A stretch of 40,995 nucleotides of DNA, taken from IMG/VR virus record IMGVR_UViG_3300042923_000914, positions 1-40,995 of that record. The stretch is one strand, 5' to 3'. This DNA is from a virus. Its lineage: Duplodnaviria; Caudoviricetes. Both the position numbers and the translations under genes were made by a program. Shown piece after piece: positions 26,791-36,009 of the stretch (the first letter of the stretch is position 1; the number at the start of each line of letters is the position of its first letter). The notes beneath the pieces are model-generated. The model made no database searches and was not told where the DNA came from. It saw nothing but the letters and a program-made list of their open reading frames with translations.

Positions 26791-27267
26791 TCACTCCATC
26801 ATGTTAAAACTAAGAGCAGCATATTCAAGTTCAAATCCTCGACTTTTTAATTTAGCATTATGCATTTCTATAGCTTTTTGTAAGCCTATTTCATTAAGTT
26901 CTAATTTTGCAAGAATGTCTGTTATAACTTGCAAAACATCAAACAATTCTTCAAGAAAATTATCATCATCTTTATTTTCATAAGCCTTAATAACTTCTCT
27001 AAATTCTTCTTTAAGTTTGTCCACGAAAAACGCCATTTCTAGCTTGTTATTACCTTTAGGGATAAATATATCCTTGGAAGGGTTAGAAGTACCTCTAATC
27101 GTCTCCTGAGCTTCTCTAGCTATATTTAAAGATTTTTGTAATGCCCTAACTTCATTTCTTAATTTAGGAATACTTATTATACTTTCAGTGTGATATATTT
27201 CATGTTTATAGTTTCTTATCATTCTTTCTAATTCTTCTATGGTTTCTTTTCTTTTATTTTCTTCCAT
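26791..27267 (-). CDS. MazG-like nucleotide pyrophosphohydrolase domain protein
   Basis: KLKEEFREV..EELFDVLQV (EExxE..ExxD) motif. Confidence 0.75.
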   Translation of the reverse strand: MEENKRKETIEELERMIRNYKHEIYHTESIISIPKLRNEVRALQKSLNIAREAQETIRGTSNPSKDIFIPKGNNKLEMAFFVDKLKEEFREVIKAYENKDDDNFLEELFDVLQVITDILAKLELNEIGLQKAIEMHNAKLKSRGFELEYAALSFNMME

Positions 27268-27277
27268 TCCTATCCCC

Positions 27278-27481
27278 CTAAGCCTTTAGCATCATAAAAT
27301 CAGCTAAATTTGATATAGAATTCTTTATTTCCTCAATATATTTTGGAAACTCTGTCCCTTGTTCTTCTTCCACTATTCTTCTTCTTAACTCTAATAATCC
27401 AGATTCAACAATTTGTGCTTTACTTTTTTCTCTTTCTAATTCAAGAGCTAATGACATATATTCGGCATCTAAATAATCCAT
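27278..27481 (-). CDS. Hypothetical protein
   Basis: ORF in operon with RBS. Confidence 0.65.
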   Translation of the reverse strand: MDYLDAEYMSLALELEREKSKAQIVESGLLELRRRIVEEEQGTEFPKYIEEIKNSISNLADFMMLKA

Positions 27482-27485
27482 AAAC

Positions 27486-27896
27486 CTATCCTCCTATAAC
27501 TTCTATTCCTGCTAGCTTAGCTAGTCTCACAATTTCACATATTGGTAGATCATTTACTTCTACATTCTTAATCCACCAGTCCGTCAATTCTCTTTTGGTT
27601 ATTTTCTTTTTTCCTATTTCCTCAAAAACTTCTAAAGTTAATCTTTTTGATTTCTTCTTTTTGCTTGACTTAAACCTTCCTAGCCTTAAAAGAGCTAGAT
27701 TATAAAGATGTTTATCCAAATCTTCGGAATACTTTATATATTTACTTACTGTAGATTTTGCGACACCATAATCTTTTGCTATTTGTTCAAGGCTCTTTTT
27801 ACTTTCTACGTAACTTCTTGTTACTTCTAATATCCTCTCATTACTTGCTTTAGCTATCTTGAACACCTCCCCATATATAACCCTTACGAGGTTCAA
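27486..27896 (-). CDS. SpoIIID-like HTH regulator (true start probably near 27858)
   Basis: ERILEVTRSYVESKKSLEQIAKDYGVAKSTVSK resembles the SpoIIID N-terminal HTH. Confidence 0.6.
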   Translation of the reverse strand: MNLVRVIYGEVFKIAKASNERILEVTRSYVESKKSLEQIAKDYGVAKSTVSKYIKYSEDLDKHLYNLALLRLGRFKSSKKKKSKRLTLEVFEEIGKKKITKRELTDWWIKNVEVNDLPICEIVRLAKLAGIEVIGG

Positions 27897-28068
27897 TTTT
27901 ACCTTGTCTATCTAAGTGAACTAATAACATAAACACCTCTGTTGATTCTCTTTTAAATGCCCTTGACATGGATTTTAAGCTTAGTCCTTCTTTCCATAAT
28001 AGTTTTGCTTTCTCAATGTCTTTAGTGTCCCATATGAAGTCCATATCCTCTAAAATAACTTTTTTCAT
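27850..28068 (-). CDS. Small HTH protein
   Basis: LEDMDFIW..LWKEGLSLKSMSRAFKR. Confidence 0.7.
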   Translation of the reverse strand: MKKVILEDMDFIWDTKDIEKAKLLWKEGLSLKSMSRAFKRESTEVFMLLVHLDRQGKIEPRKGYIWGGVQDS

Positions 28069-28265
28069 TTTCTCATACCTGGAACTACCACTTCGAGATA
28101 GTCTATAACAGCTTCTTTTATATCTTCAGGTTTCATATTTTTAATATCATTTATGGTTATTAACGAATTAATTCTTTCTATTTGAGATTCAATAGTCAAA
28201 GGCATATTGTAATTTTCTCTAGTCATTTTCAAGGCTTGATATAACTTGCCTGATTCAAACATCAT
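28065..28265 (-). CDS. Hypothetical protein
   Basis: ORF coupled to neighbours. Confidence 0.65.
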   Translation of the reverse strand: MMFESGKLYQALKMTRENYNMPLTIESQIERINSLITINDIKNMKPEDIKEAVIDYLEVVVPGMRK

Positions 28266-28266
28266 G

Positions 28267-29592
28267 TTACCTCCTATAATCTAATTCCATTATTTTCTGA
28301 TATTTATCTACATATCCAAACTTTAAAGTACCAACTTTACCATCTCTTTGTTTCATGATTATCATTTCTATAATTCCTTTATCTTCTGTCTCAGGATTGT
28401 AATATTCTTCTCTATGAAGCCCTATTATTAAATCCGCATCCTGTTCAATACTTCCTGAATCTCTTAAATCAGTTAACAAAGGTCTTTTATCGCCTCTATG
28501 AGCTATTTCTCTACTTAATTGGCTTAACAGTATTACACATATATCAAGCTCTTTAGCTAGGTTCTTAAGGGAATTGGTTATCTCTCCAATTTGCAAATCC
28601 CTTCTTTCTGCTTTAGGCATCTTCATTAGTGTTAAATGATCTATGATTATTACATCTAATCCTTTATTTTGCTTAAGTTTCTTGCACTTAGCTTTAATAT
28701 CCATAACGCTCATAGCAACACTAACATCAGTAAAAATGTTTTTATTTTTAGCTAGGTTATCACTTGCAACTGTGATTCTATTCCATTCTTCACTTGTCAA
28801 GGATCCACGCTGAATTTTAGAACTATCTATCAAACTTAAATATGCTAATCTTCTCATTCCAAGTTTTACTTGTGTCATTTCCATTTCAAAAATTGCTGTT
28901 TTATAACCATTTTTGCCTAAGTTATCAGCTAGATTTAATGAAACTAGGGTTTTACCCATTGAAGGCCTTGCAGCTATTATTGTTAAGTCCCCTCTCTGCA
29001 ATCCGTTAGTTGCATTATCTAAAGTCTTTAATCCAGTTTTAAGTCCTGGTATTTCTCCACCATTTTGATAGCGCCTTTCTATTTCTGATAAGGTTTTAGT
29101 CATTAGGTCTACATCATCAACTATAGGCTCCTTAGAGTTTGTATTTTCAAGTAACATACTTTGTGTCTTATCTATTAATTCATCAACCTTGATTCGGTCA
29201 TTATAAGCATTTTGCATTATCTGAGAACTTGCTTTTATTAAATTTCTTCTTTTGCTCTTGTCTTTAACTATTTCACAATAGGATTTAATGTTTGTACTAC
29301 TTAATCCAGTTCCTGATAATTCACTTAGGTAAGTAACTCCGCCTATTTTCTTAAGATCTTCTTTGCCTATTTGATAGGATAAACTAACAATATCTATGGG
29401 CTTGTCTTTCATAAACATTTTTATCATAGCTTCAAATATTTCTTTATTAGCAGAATTATAAAAATCATCTGAATTTATAATCTCTATTGCTTCATTCATT
29501 TTCTTGTTATTTGCTAAAATGCATCCTAATATTTCAACTTCTGCTTTTATATCCTTAGGCATTTCTTGCATTGATTCAAAATCCATAATCAT
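28267..29592 (-). CDS. dnaB: Replicative DNA helicase
   Basis: AARPSMGKT, IIIDHL, LSQLSR and DLRDSGSIEQDAD motifs. Confidence 0.96.
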   Translation of the reverse strand: MIMDFESMQEMPKDIKAEVEILGCILANNKKMNEAIEIINSDDFYNSANKEIFEAMIKMFMKDKPIDIVSLSYQIGKEDLKKIGGVTYLSELSGTGLSSTNIKSYCEIVKDKSKRRNLIKASSQIMQNAYNDRIKVDELIDKTQSMLLENTNSKEPIVDDVDLMTKTLSEIERRYQNGGEIPGLKTGLKTLDNATNGLQRGDLTIIAARPSMGKTLVSLNLADNLGKNGYKTAIFEMEMTQVKLGMRRLAYLSLIDSSKIQRGSLTSEEWNRITVASDNLAKNKNIFTDVSVAMSVMDIKAKCKKLKQNKGLDVIIIDHLTLMKMPKAERRDLQIGEITNSLKNLAKELDICVILLSQLSREIAHRGDKRPLLTDLRDSGSIEQDADLIIGLHREEYYNPETEDKGIIEMIIMKQRDGKVGTLKFGYVDKYQKIMELDYRR

Positions 29593-29597
29593 CCCCC

Positions 29598-30617
29598 TTA
29601 ATCAAATGTGAAAGGTTTATATGCTCCTGTTTGAGTTTTATTGCTTTCATTAATCGCACTCTTATCTTTAAGTTCAAATATTCCTTGCCAACTATTTAAA
29701 ATACTTTGATTTAATATAGCTATCTTTTCATTCTCATCATTGGATAGCTTATCAAGCTTTTTAAGAATTAAATCTAAAGCTTTTTCTGTCATTGGTTTTT
29801 TAATTGTTTTCCTCATGTCAATAAAATCATTTAAAGTACTTATGAATTCTTCATTCTGAGTGTATTTTAAAATCAATTCATTAAAAGAACTTTTCTTAGA
29901 TTTCTTTTTATCTATATCTTTTATTTCTATTTCTTTATCTATTTCTTCTTCTGTTGCGTTACACTGCGTTACATGGTAACGGTCTGTAACGTTACATAAA
30001 TATATATGCTTAGATAATTTAGTATTGTTTAAAACAATCTCGTCCTTTATTCTATCTCTATTTGCATTTAAAAAATCTACTAAAGGCTTATCGTTTTTTA
30101 TCCTATTACAATCAATACAACATGGTATTTTATTGCTATCTTCATCTATACCGCCTCTGGCTATTGCAATAATATGATCATATCCAGTTGCTTTACCTCC
30201 ACAATATTGACATTCATGTGATTCCATTAATTCTTTACGCTTATCTCTGTGTTTTTGAACTCTCAGCCTTGTTTGCTCTCTTATTTTTTCCATTCCTTCG
30301 ATGTTCTGATATTCTTGCCAGTTCTTTATATAAATGACTTCCTCGAATATTTCTATCATTTGAAACCTTTCTAGAGTTATTAATGAAAGCCTTATAACAT
30401 CCATGCTAAAATCAAACTCTTCCGAAAGATCTTCTATAGTGAATGGAATTGTGTCAGTTATAAATAATCCTCCATCTTTATTAGATTCACCTGCTTGGGC
30501 TAGAAGGAAAACCCAAATCAAAATGATATTGTTACCTTCAGGCATCCTTCTAATTCTTTTAATTTTCTTGTTATTTATCATACTAGTGTAAATTTTTATC
30601 CATTTAACTTCACTCAT
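29598..30617 (-). CDS. Replisome organiser / replication initiator with in-frame HNH domain
   Basis: VKWIKI..NKKIKRIRRMPEG and NWQEYQN N-domain; CQYC..DHII..N..CCIDCN insert; SILNSWQGIF C-domain. Confidence 0.88.
   Translation of the reverse strand: MSEVKWIKIYTSMINNKKIKRIRRMPEGNNIILIWVFLLAQAGESNKDGGLFITDTIPFTIEDLSEEFDFSMDVIRLSLITLERFQMIEIFEEVIYIKNWQEYQNIEGMEKIREQTRLRVQKHRDKRKELMESHECQYCGGKATGYDHIIAIARGGIDEDSNKIPCCIDCNRIKNDKPLVDFLNANRDRIKDEIVLNNTKLSKHIYLCNVTDRYHVTQCNATEEEIDKEIEIKDIDKKKSKKSSFNELILKYTQNEEFISTLNDFIDMRKTIKKPMTEKALDLILKKLDKLSNDENEKIAILNQSILNSWQGIFELKDKSAINESNKTQTGAYKPFTFD
29955..29997. repeat. Probable replication origin iterons
   Basis: Five GTTAC/GTAAC units in direct and inverted orientation inside the initiator gene, next to an AT-rich tract. 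Confidence 0.7.
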
Positions 30618-30621
30618 AGGA

Positions 30622-30933
30622 TCATCTCCTGTACTTTTCATCTAAAAATCTTTGGTGCCAATCATTTTTTTCACTTCTTATTTCCTCGATTGTATCTAGT
30701 AATTTAGAGTTATCTTCTTTTAATTTCTCATTCTCTATTTCAAGTTCTTTAGGACCAGGCAATTCTAAGTTCCTGCATCTTTCTTCAAACCAATCTACTA
30801 GGATATTATCTGGAATACCTATTTCTATATCTGTTTCCCAATCTGTATTGGCAGCTCTAAGAGTGTGAAATGTTCTATCTCCTATAGTTCTTGTAGTTAA
30901 TTCGCATTCGTTTGCTGTTTCGAAATTTATCAT
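30622..30933 (-). CDS. Hypothetical protein
   Basis: Coupled ORF with C-terminal coiled coil. Confidence 0.7.
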   Translation of the reverse strand: MINFETANECELTTRTIGDRTFHTLRAANTDWETDIEIGIPDNILVDWFEERCRNLELPGPKELEIENEKLKEDNSKLLDTIEEIRSEKNDWHQRFLDEKYRR

Positions 30934-31577
30934 TTAGATACCCCCTCATAGCCTTTACACATGGTGTCATATTCCTGTTTAGTAAGCTTAGAAAGTTCGG
31001 ACTTATTAAATTTCTTTATTGAAGCTGATTTAACTTGTGCTGCTAAGTATCCTGCCTTTTGTGCTATTGCAAACAATCTTTTTATTTGCGCCTCAGAACG
31101 CTCAGAACTGTCGTTAGAACTTTTTGGGTTATCGGTTGATGCGTTTGTACCTTTGTTGCCCTTATCGCTTGTATCAGCCTTGCCATGAGTATTAGTTGAA
31201 TCACTATCTTTTGTATCATCAATACAGAATAATCCGTTTAAAGCATATTTTCTTGCATATGATGATACACTTCCAGTTACTTGTGCGAGATCCATACCCT
31301 TCTTAGTTTCATCTTCTCTTGCTAATGCCGAAACTTCTATCTTTTCACCTTTTTCTGCATCAATAAAAGTTGCTATAGCCTTTATATAAAATCTTCCTTC
31401 AATATGAACCATTTCATCACTTAAAGTTACTATTGCTTTTAACTCATTTAACAAAGGTTTCAAACCTTCTAAGATATCCTCACAACTTCTATAGTTGTAT
31501 TTACCAAAACTGTTATATTGGTTTTTAGGAGCTTTTAATTTATTTTGAATATTTACTAATTTTTCATATACATTCAT
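30930..31577 (-). CDS. ERF family ssDNA-annealing protein
   Basis: KAPKNQYNSFGKYNYRSCEDI and SSYARKYALNGLF..DD motifs. Confidence 0.92.
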   Translation of the reverse strand: MNVYEKLVNIQNKLKAPKNQYNSFGKYNYRSCEDILEGLKPLLNELKAIVTLSDEMVHIEGRFYIKAIATFIDAEKGEKIEVSALAREDETKKGMDLAQVTGSVSSYARKYALNGLFCIDDTKDSDSTNTHGKADTSDKGNKGTNASTDNPKSSNDSSERSEAQIKRLFAIAQKAGYLAAQVKSASIKKFNKSELSKLTKQEYDTMCKGYEGVSK

Positions 31578-31587
31578 CTAATCACCT

Positions 31588-32073
31588 CTATCTAATTCTT
31601 AATCCTTCAGTTTGAATTAACTCTACTCCTGGTATTTCTCTACCTTGTTTTAATTCTTTTAAAATTGACGTTCTCATAACCTCTGGTTCAATTTGTTTTA
31701 TATATTCTTTTGGAATAGCCTTTAAATCAACCACATTGACACTAGGAGGATTTTTAGCAATAGAGAGGGTAAATAGTCCGCTCTTAACCTTGTCCTTTCC
31801 TAGAGCCTTTAAAGTACCTTCTATATATGATTTAAGATTTACACATCTATTTTCTAAAGAAGATTGTTTTGCTGCTAATCTTTGTTTTTCTTCTTTTATT
31901 ATTTTTACATCTGCTTCAATGCTTCTTAAAAGTTTTACAATGTTCTCTAGTTTTAAAAATATATCTCCTTCAATAGAGTTTAAAGCTTCTAAAATTACAT
32001 CTTGTGGTATATCAGGGTTTTCCATAAGTTCTTGTAAGTTTTTATAGTTTTCGGTTAGTTCATAAAGTTTCAT
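31588..32073 (-). CDS. Siphovirus Gp157 family protein
   Basis: MKLYEL, KNPPSV, IPKEY and IPGVEL..LRIR motifs. Confidence 0.9.
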   Translation of the reverse strand: MKLYELTENYKNLQELMENPDIPQDVILEALNSIEGDIFLKLENIVKLLRSIEADVKIIKEEKQRLAAKQSSLENRCVNLKSYIEGTLKALGKDKVKSGLFTLSIAKNPPSVNVVDLKAIPKEYIKQIEPEVMRTSILKELKQGREIPGVELIQTEGLRIR

Positions 32074-32095
32074 AAAATCACTCCTTTTTGCAAGT

Positions 32096-32401
32096 TTATA
32101 ATCCTTGACTTTCAATTCTGTATTCTAAGATTGATATTTTATTAGCTTGTTTATTTATAATTTCTTGTAATTCTTCAATCTTTAATTGTTGTTTTATATT
32201 TTCAATAACATAGTTATCTTTCTTGTTAAATTCTTTTATATAAGCTGTAAATTGTGTTACTACTGCATCTACTGCTAAAGAAAGATTTGTTTGTGCATAA
32301 CTTACTTCCTCGCTTGTACCATTAATTAAGGCTGTTTGAAGGAGTAAATCTTTCTCTGATAGGTTTATTAATAAGGCTTCTAATACTGCTATAGTATCCA
32401 T
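32096..32401 (-). CDS. Hypothetical protein
   Basis: AGGAGG RBS. Confidence 0.7.
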   Translation of the reverse strand: MDTIAVLEALLINLSEKDLLLQTALINGTSEEVSYAQTNLSLAVDAVVTQFTAYIKEFNKKDNYVIENIKQQLKIEELQEIINKQANKISILEYRIESQGL

Positions 32402-32413
32402 GGGTTAATCCTC

Positions 32414-32782
32414 CTAAATTTCTAATTTATCTAACAAGTTACTACCTGAATATTTACCGAACTTGTCTTGAATATATTTCCCTAAAGCTTTTTTAACCTT
32501 TAAATATTGTTTTTTATCATCCTTCTTTGTTGTAAATAATGTTCCTGTTATTTCGTCATAAAAAGTACCTTTGAAATGATAACAATTAGGTCTATCTAAT
32601 AATGGATTGATGTTATAAGATTCTTTATTTAAGTCAACTTTAGTGAAATTATAATCATCAAGGCAAAACATAGATTTATTTAATCCTATTATTTTGTTTT
32701 TCTCATTTACTTTACTTACTGTGTCATCTTTAAAATCAAGCTTAATTTTATACATATAAACTTCTTGTCCTATCTCTAACAT
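32414..32782 (-). CDS. Hypothetical protein
   Basis: AAGGAG RBS. Confidence 0.7.
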   Translation of the reverse strand: MLEIGQEVYMYKIKLDFKDDTVSKVNEKNKIIGLNKSMFCLDDYNFTKVDLNKESYNINPLLDRPNCYHFKGTFYDEITGTLFTTKKDDKKQYLKVKKALGKYIQDKFGKYSGSNLLDKLEI

Positions 32783-32793
32783 AAGTTATCTCC

Positions 32794-32870
32794 TTTACAT
32801 CTTCTTTATTTTTCTATATAATCTAACTAGATATTTTTATTTGATTCTTGGCTGTTGGCGCAGCCTTTTT
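32794..32870 (+). ncRNA. Counter-transcribed small antisense RNA with promoter and terminator
   Basis: TTTACA-17-TATAAT (32794-32822); GGCTG-TTGGCG-CAGCC-TTTTT. Confidence 0.65.
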
Positions 32871-32991
32871 CTTTTCTAAATTGTTCTGTAGCTCTTTTAA
32901 TGCATTCTTCAAAGGAATATCCTTCAAAGTAAAACTCTACTGTTAATCTCATTATTTTTAATGCTTCTTGGTCTGTTAAATTTCCTATCAT
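32827..32991 (-). CDS. 54-aa hypothetical protein, not in the ORF track
   Basis: MIGNLTDQEALKIMRLTVEFYFEGYSFEECIKRA...; AAGGAGTG RBS. Confidence 0.7.
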   Translation of the reverse strand: MIGNLTDQEALKIMRLTVEFYFEGYSFEECIKRATEQFRKEKGCANSQESNKNI

Positions 32992-32996
32992 TTTTA

Positions 32997-33323
32997 TCAC
33001 TCCTTTATTCTTTTAACTATTGCTTTTCTATCGTCATGATCTATAACCTTAATCTCAATACCTTTAACGCTTGTATTTGAGTTGTATCCATCAGTTTCAA
33101 TAATTCCAATTTTCTCATAGAAATTAGTTCTATTATCTTGGAAATTCTCAGCTATATACTTTGCTAATTCAGCTTTATTATCTTTTCCATTAAGGTTTAG
33201 TTTTTCTTTGTAAATTGTCATATCTCTTAAGTTTCTTCTTATTTTGACTTGTATTACATCAGTTCTAGTTACTACACATTCAAATATCTCATACTGTGGG
33301 TTAAGTTCTGTTATTTCACACAT
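32997..33323 (-). CDS. Hypothetical protein
   Basis: ORF in operon. Confidence 0.65.
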   Translation of the reverse strand: MCEITELNPQYEIFECVVTRTDVIQVKIRRNLRDMTIYKEKLNLNGKDNKAELAKYIAENFQDNRTNFYEKIGIIETDGYNSNTSVKGIEIKVIDHDDRKAIVKRIKE

Positions 33324-33835
33324 TTATCCTCACTTCCTAATAAATTATTGATTGAATTTTCTAATGTATCATGTCTAAGTGGCATTACAAGCCCTATAAT
33401 TTGTTCCTCATTATAGATTCTTAACATTGGATATCCATCATGGAATGTCGCCTTATATTGAGAATTGGCGTTAAATATTTCAATTAAATCCTTATTGAAT
33501 AAAAAGCATTTTGAGTTAATTTTAAATAGTTGTCCCAATCTCTTATCTTCAAATTCTAAATAAAATGCCGTTTTTTCTGCTACAAGTTCTTCTGAATCAT
33601 CATTGAAGAACTTCTCTAAATCAAAAGGTTTGCTTGGCTTGAATTGTCTTATATCTTCAAATGCTCCAACTTTAATTAATTTTGCTATTATTTCATAATC
33701 TGTATATTGACATACAACACTTATAATCCCATCTGAATATATGAAGTTATCCTCTCTAGTTTGAATAAAATTTCTACCATCCCTAATTTGCTTTACCAGT
33801 TTTTTATGGTTTACTGATAATGAACTATTTGACAT
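33311..33835 (-). CDS. Hypothetical protein, possible clamp-like beta fold
   Basis: AGGAGG RBS; C-terminal IGLVMPLR motif. Confidence 0.65.
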   Translation of the reverse strand: MSNSSLSVNHKKLVKQIRDGRNFIQTREDNFIYSDGIISVVCQYTDYEIIAKLIKVGAFEDIRQFKPSKPFDLEKFFNDDSEELVAEKTAFYLEFEDKRLGQLFKINSKCFLFNKDLIEIFNANSQYKATFHDGYPMLRIYNEEQIIGLVMPLRHDTLENSINNLLGSEDKCVK

Positions 33836-33891
33836 GTCTAAAGTCCTCCTTATTCTCCTCTAAATACTTTTTAAATTCTTTGTTTGTGCCT

Positions 33892-34122
33892 TTAAAGGTC
33901 ATTATCTTTTTCTTCATTTCCAATCTCCTTGACACTTAATTCTTTTTTCCACAGCTTTTTAGCATCTTCCTCACCATTAAATATTGTTACTAAATCCTTA
34001 ATCATATCTCTTTTACCAAGGTTGTATTGTTCTTTTATAATTGAACTTTTAGCTGTAAATGCTTCATTGTTATACTTCATATAAAGAACACTGAAAAGTT
34101 CTATTTGCTTTGAATTGAACAT
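33892..34122 (-). CDS. Hypothetical protein
   Basis: GAGGAGG RBS. Confidence 0.65.
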   Translation of the reverse strand: MFNSKQIELFSVLYMKYNNEAFTAKSSIIKEQYNLGKRDMIKDLVTIFNGEEDAKKLWKKELSVKEIGNEEKDNDL

Positions 34123-34123
34123 A

Positions 34124-34552
34124 TTAATCCTCCTCTATATACCATTTGCCGTTTAATAAAATATCTCTTAATTCTTCTGGTTCAAATTTGTATGATAAAT
34201 AGTACATTAAATCATCAAGAAGTACATATTCTCCGTTATTCATTCTCTGAATTGTATTTATTTCGAGTTTACTAGCAGGGATATTAGTAACACTTTTATG
34301 TTCAACCCTTACTGCTTTTGTACTTTTAAGAACCTCCATAAAAGATACTGGTTGAGGTATTAATGTCCATTCCATGTCAAAATATATATTGCCATTCCAG
34401 TTTTCAAGTCCTAAGACTTCATCAAATTTTACTTCTACATAACCAAATCCTGCTGATTGGTCTATATATAAAGTCGCTCCATCACTTGTAAATTCTAATT
34501 TTGGATTTTCTTCTAATTTTGCAATAGCTTCACTTAACTTATATTTCTTCAT
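34124..34552 (-). CDS. Hypothetical protein
   Basis: PVSFMEV and LNGKWYIE motifs. Confidence 0.7.
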   Translation of the reverse strand: MKKYKLSEAIAKLEENPKLEFTSDGATLYIDQSAGFGYVEVKFDEVLGLENWNGNIYFDMEWTLIPQPVSFMEVLKSTKAVRVEHKSVTNIPASKLEINTIQRMNNGEYVLLDDLMYYLSYKFEPEELRDILLNGKWYIEED

Positions 34553-34682
34553 AATCTATCTCCTTCACCTTTCTAAATATCTCTATTTTCTCTTCTATTA
34601 TTTCTTCTCTACGTTCTTCTTTGCTTGTTACTAGCTCTATACTTAGTTCTTTATTCTTATTTAGAAGTTCTTCTTTAGTCAT
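34539..34682 (-). CDS. 47-aa hypothetical protein, not in the ORF track
   Basis: MTKEELLNKNKELSIEL...; AAGGAG RBS. Confidence 0.6.
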   Translation of the reverse strand: MTKEELLNKNKELSIELVTSKEERREEIIEEKIEIFRKVKEIDYEEI

Positions 34683-34694
34683 TGTTTTAGCTCC

Positions 34695-34931
34695 TTACTT
34701 AAATAATTTGAATAAATTTTCTATGCCTTTTAAATCCACCTTAAAGCCTTTTAAACCACATATTATTAGTACTAATAGGATTAATCCATTTACTAAGATA
34801 TCCTTTAAATTTAAGGGTTTAGGCTCTTTATCTGCCTGTTTAATCTTTCTTAAAGCTCTTCTTGTTGCACCTTGGATTTCATCTAAGGCTATGTTTGTAA
34901 TTCTTTCTATATCATCATTCATTGGTTTCAC
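34695..34931 (-). CDS. Small single-TM protein
   Basis: ILVNGLILLVLIICGL. Confidence 0.65.
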   Translation of the reverse strand: MKPMNDDIERITNIALDEIQGATRRALRKIKQADKEPKPLNLKDILVNGLILLVLIICGLKGFKVDLKGIENLFKLFK

Positions 34932-35154
34932 TCTCTTTTTTATTGTTATCTATCCATTTAAACCATCTTCCTTTTAATATCTCAAATGTTGACACTGCGT
35001 TCCCATATTGATCGCGTAAACAATATCCATCATGCATACATTCGTTTTTATCATTAGGAGAATATTCAAAAGTAAGATTGCCTGTAATACTTTGAATGAT
35101 TCCTCCTTTTTTGAGTTCTTCAACGGCTTCTAAAAACTCAACTTCTTTCCACAT
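34915..35154 (-). CDS. Hypothetical protein
   Basis: VEFLEAV..ILKGRWF resembles the C-terminal half of 34124-34552. Confidence 0.7.
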   Translation of the reverse strand: MWKEVEFLEAVEELKKGGIIQSITGNLTFEYSPNDKNECMHDGYCLRDQYGNAVSTFEILKGRWFKWIDNNKKESETNE

Positions 35155-35157
35155 TCT

Positions 35158-35346
35158 CTATCCCTCCATCACACTTTGATCTAACTCATACATCTTTTCT
35201 AGTAATTCCATTGAGAAATCAAATATTTCACAATAAGTTGTATAGTCTATCTTTCCAACTGAATTTAATCCATTTAGAAAATCAGCCATTTCAGATTTTA
35301 TTTTTTCTTTAGGTGAAGCATTGCTTGATATTCCCCAGTTTCCCAT
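35158..35346 (-). CDS. Hypothetical protein
   Basis: GGAGG RBS. Confidence 0.7.
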   Translation of the reverse strand: MGNWGISSNASPKEKIKSEMADFLNGLNSVGKIDYTTYCEIFDFSMELLEKMYELDQSVMEG

Positions 35347-35362
35347 TTCTATTCCTCCATCT

Positions 35363-35776
35363 TCATTTAATAATAAAATCTAGTGCATCCACACCAAAAA
35401 TAAGCACACTTAACTCTTCCAATACTTCTCTCATCCATCTTCTTGGGGTATTAACTCCACTATTGAAATGGTTCTGAATATCCATATAACTAATTTTTTT
35501 TAAATAAAACATTTCAAATGCTTCATATCGTTCATAAGTTTCAGCATCTTTTAGTTTTATTCTTACAACATTAATACATCTATCTACATAAGTTAAAAAT
35601 TCTAATGTCTTTTGTTTACTAAGAAGAATTTCTTCAATATTTGCGATTATTATATATGGGTTTATATTGGGGATATCATAATCATTTGAGATAATATCTG
35701 ATACTTCGATATGCTTTTTTAATGAATTATAATGTTCCATAATTATTTTTGTATTTTCATAAGCTTTACTGCTCAA
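35363..35776 (-). CDS. RinA/ArpU-like transcriptional regulator
   Basis: C-terminal FYL..SY.DI..TPRRW..LSVLIFGVD region-4-like HTH. Confidence 0.6.
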   Translation of the reverse strand: MSSKAYENTKIIMEHYNSLKKHIEVSDIISNDYDIPNINPYIIIANIEEILLSKQKTLEFLTYVDRCINVVRIKLKDAETYERYEAFEMFYLKKISYMDIQNHFNSGVNTPRRWMREVLEELSVLIFGVDALDFIIK

Positions 35777-35790
35777 CCAAACACCTTCTT

Positions 35791-36000
35791 TTACAATTCA
35801 ATTTCTCCTATTAAATCATCAACACTTGTATTTAATGCTTTTGCTAATTTCTTCAAAACTCTTATCTTAGGCTCTCTACTTTCATTTTCATAGTTCCATA
35901 TTGCGTTTCTACATAGTCCAACCTTTTTAGCTAATTGTTCTTGTGTAAGACCTTCTGATATCCTTTTTTCTTTTAATATTTCAGCAAAGATTTTATTCAT
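35791..36000 (-). CDS. XRE-family HTH regulator
   Basis: GLTQEQLAKKVG..IWNYENESREP. Confidence 0.9.
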   Translation of the reverse strand: MNKIFAEILKEKRISEGLTQEQLAKKVGLCRNAIWNYENESREPKIRVLKKLAKALNTSVDDLIGEIEL

Positions 36001-36009
36001 TTTTACCTC

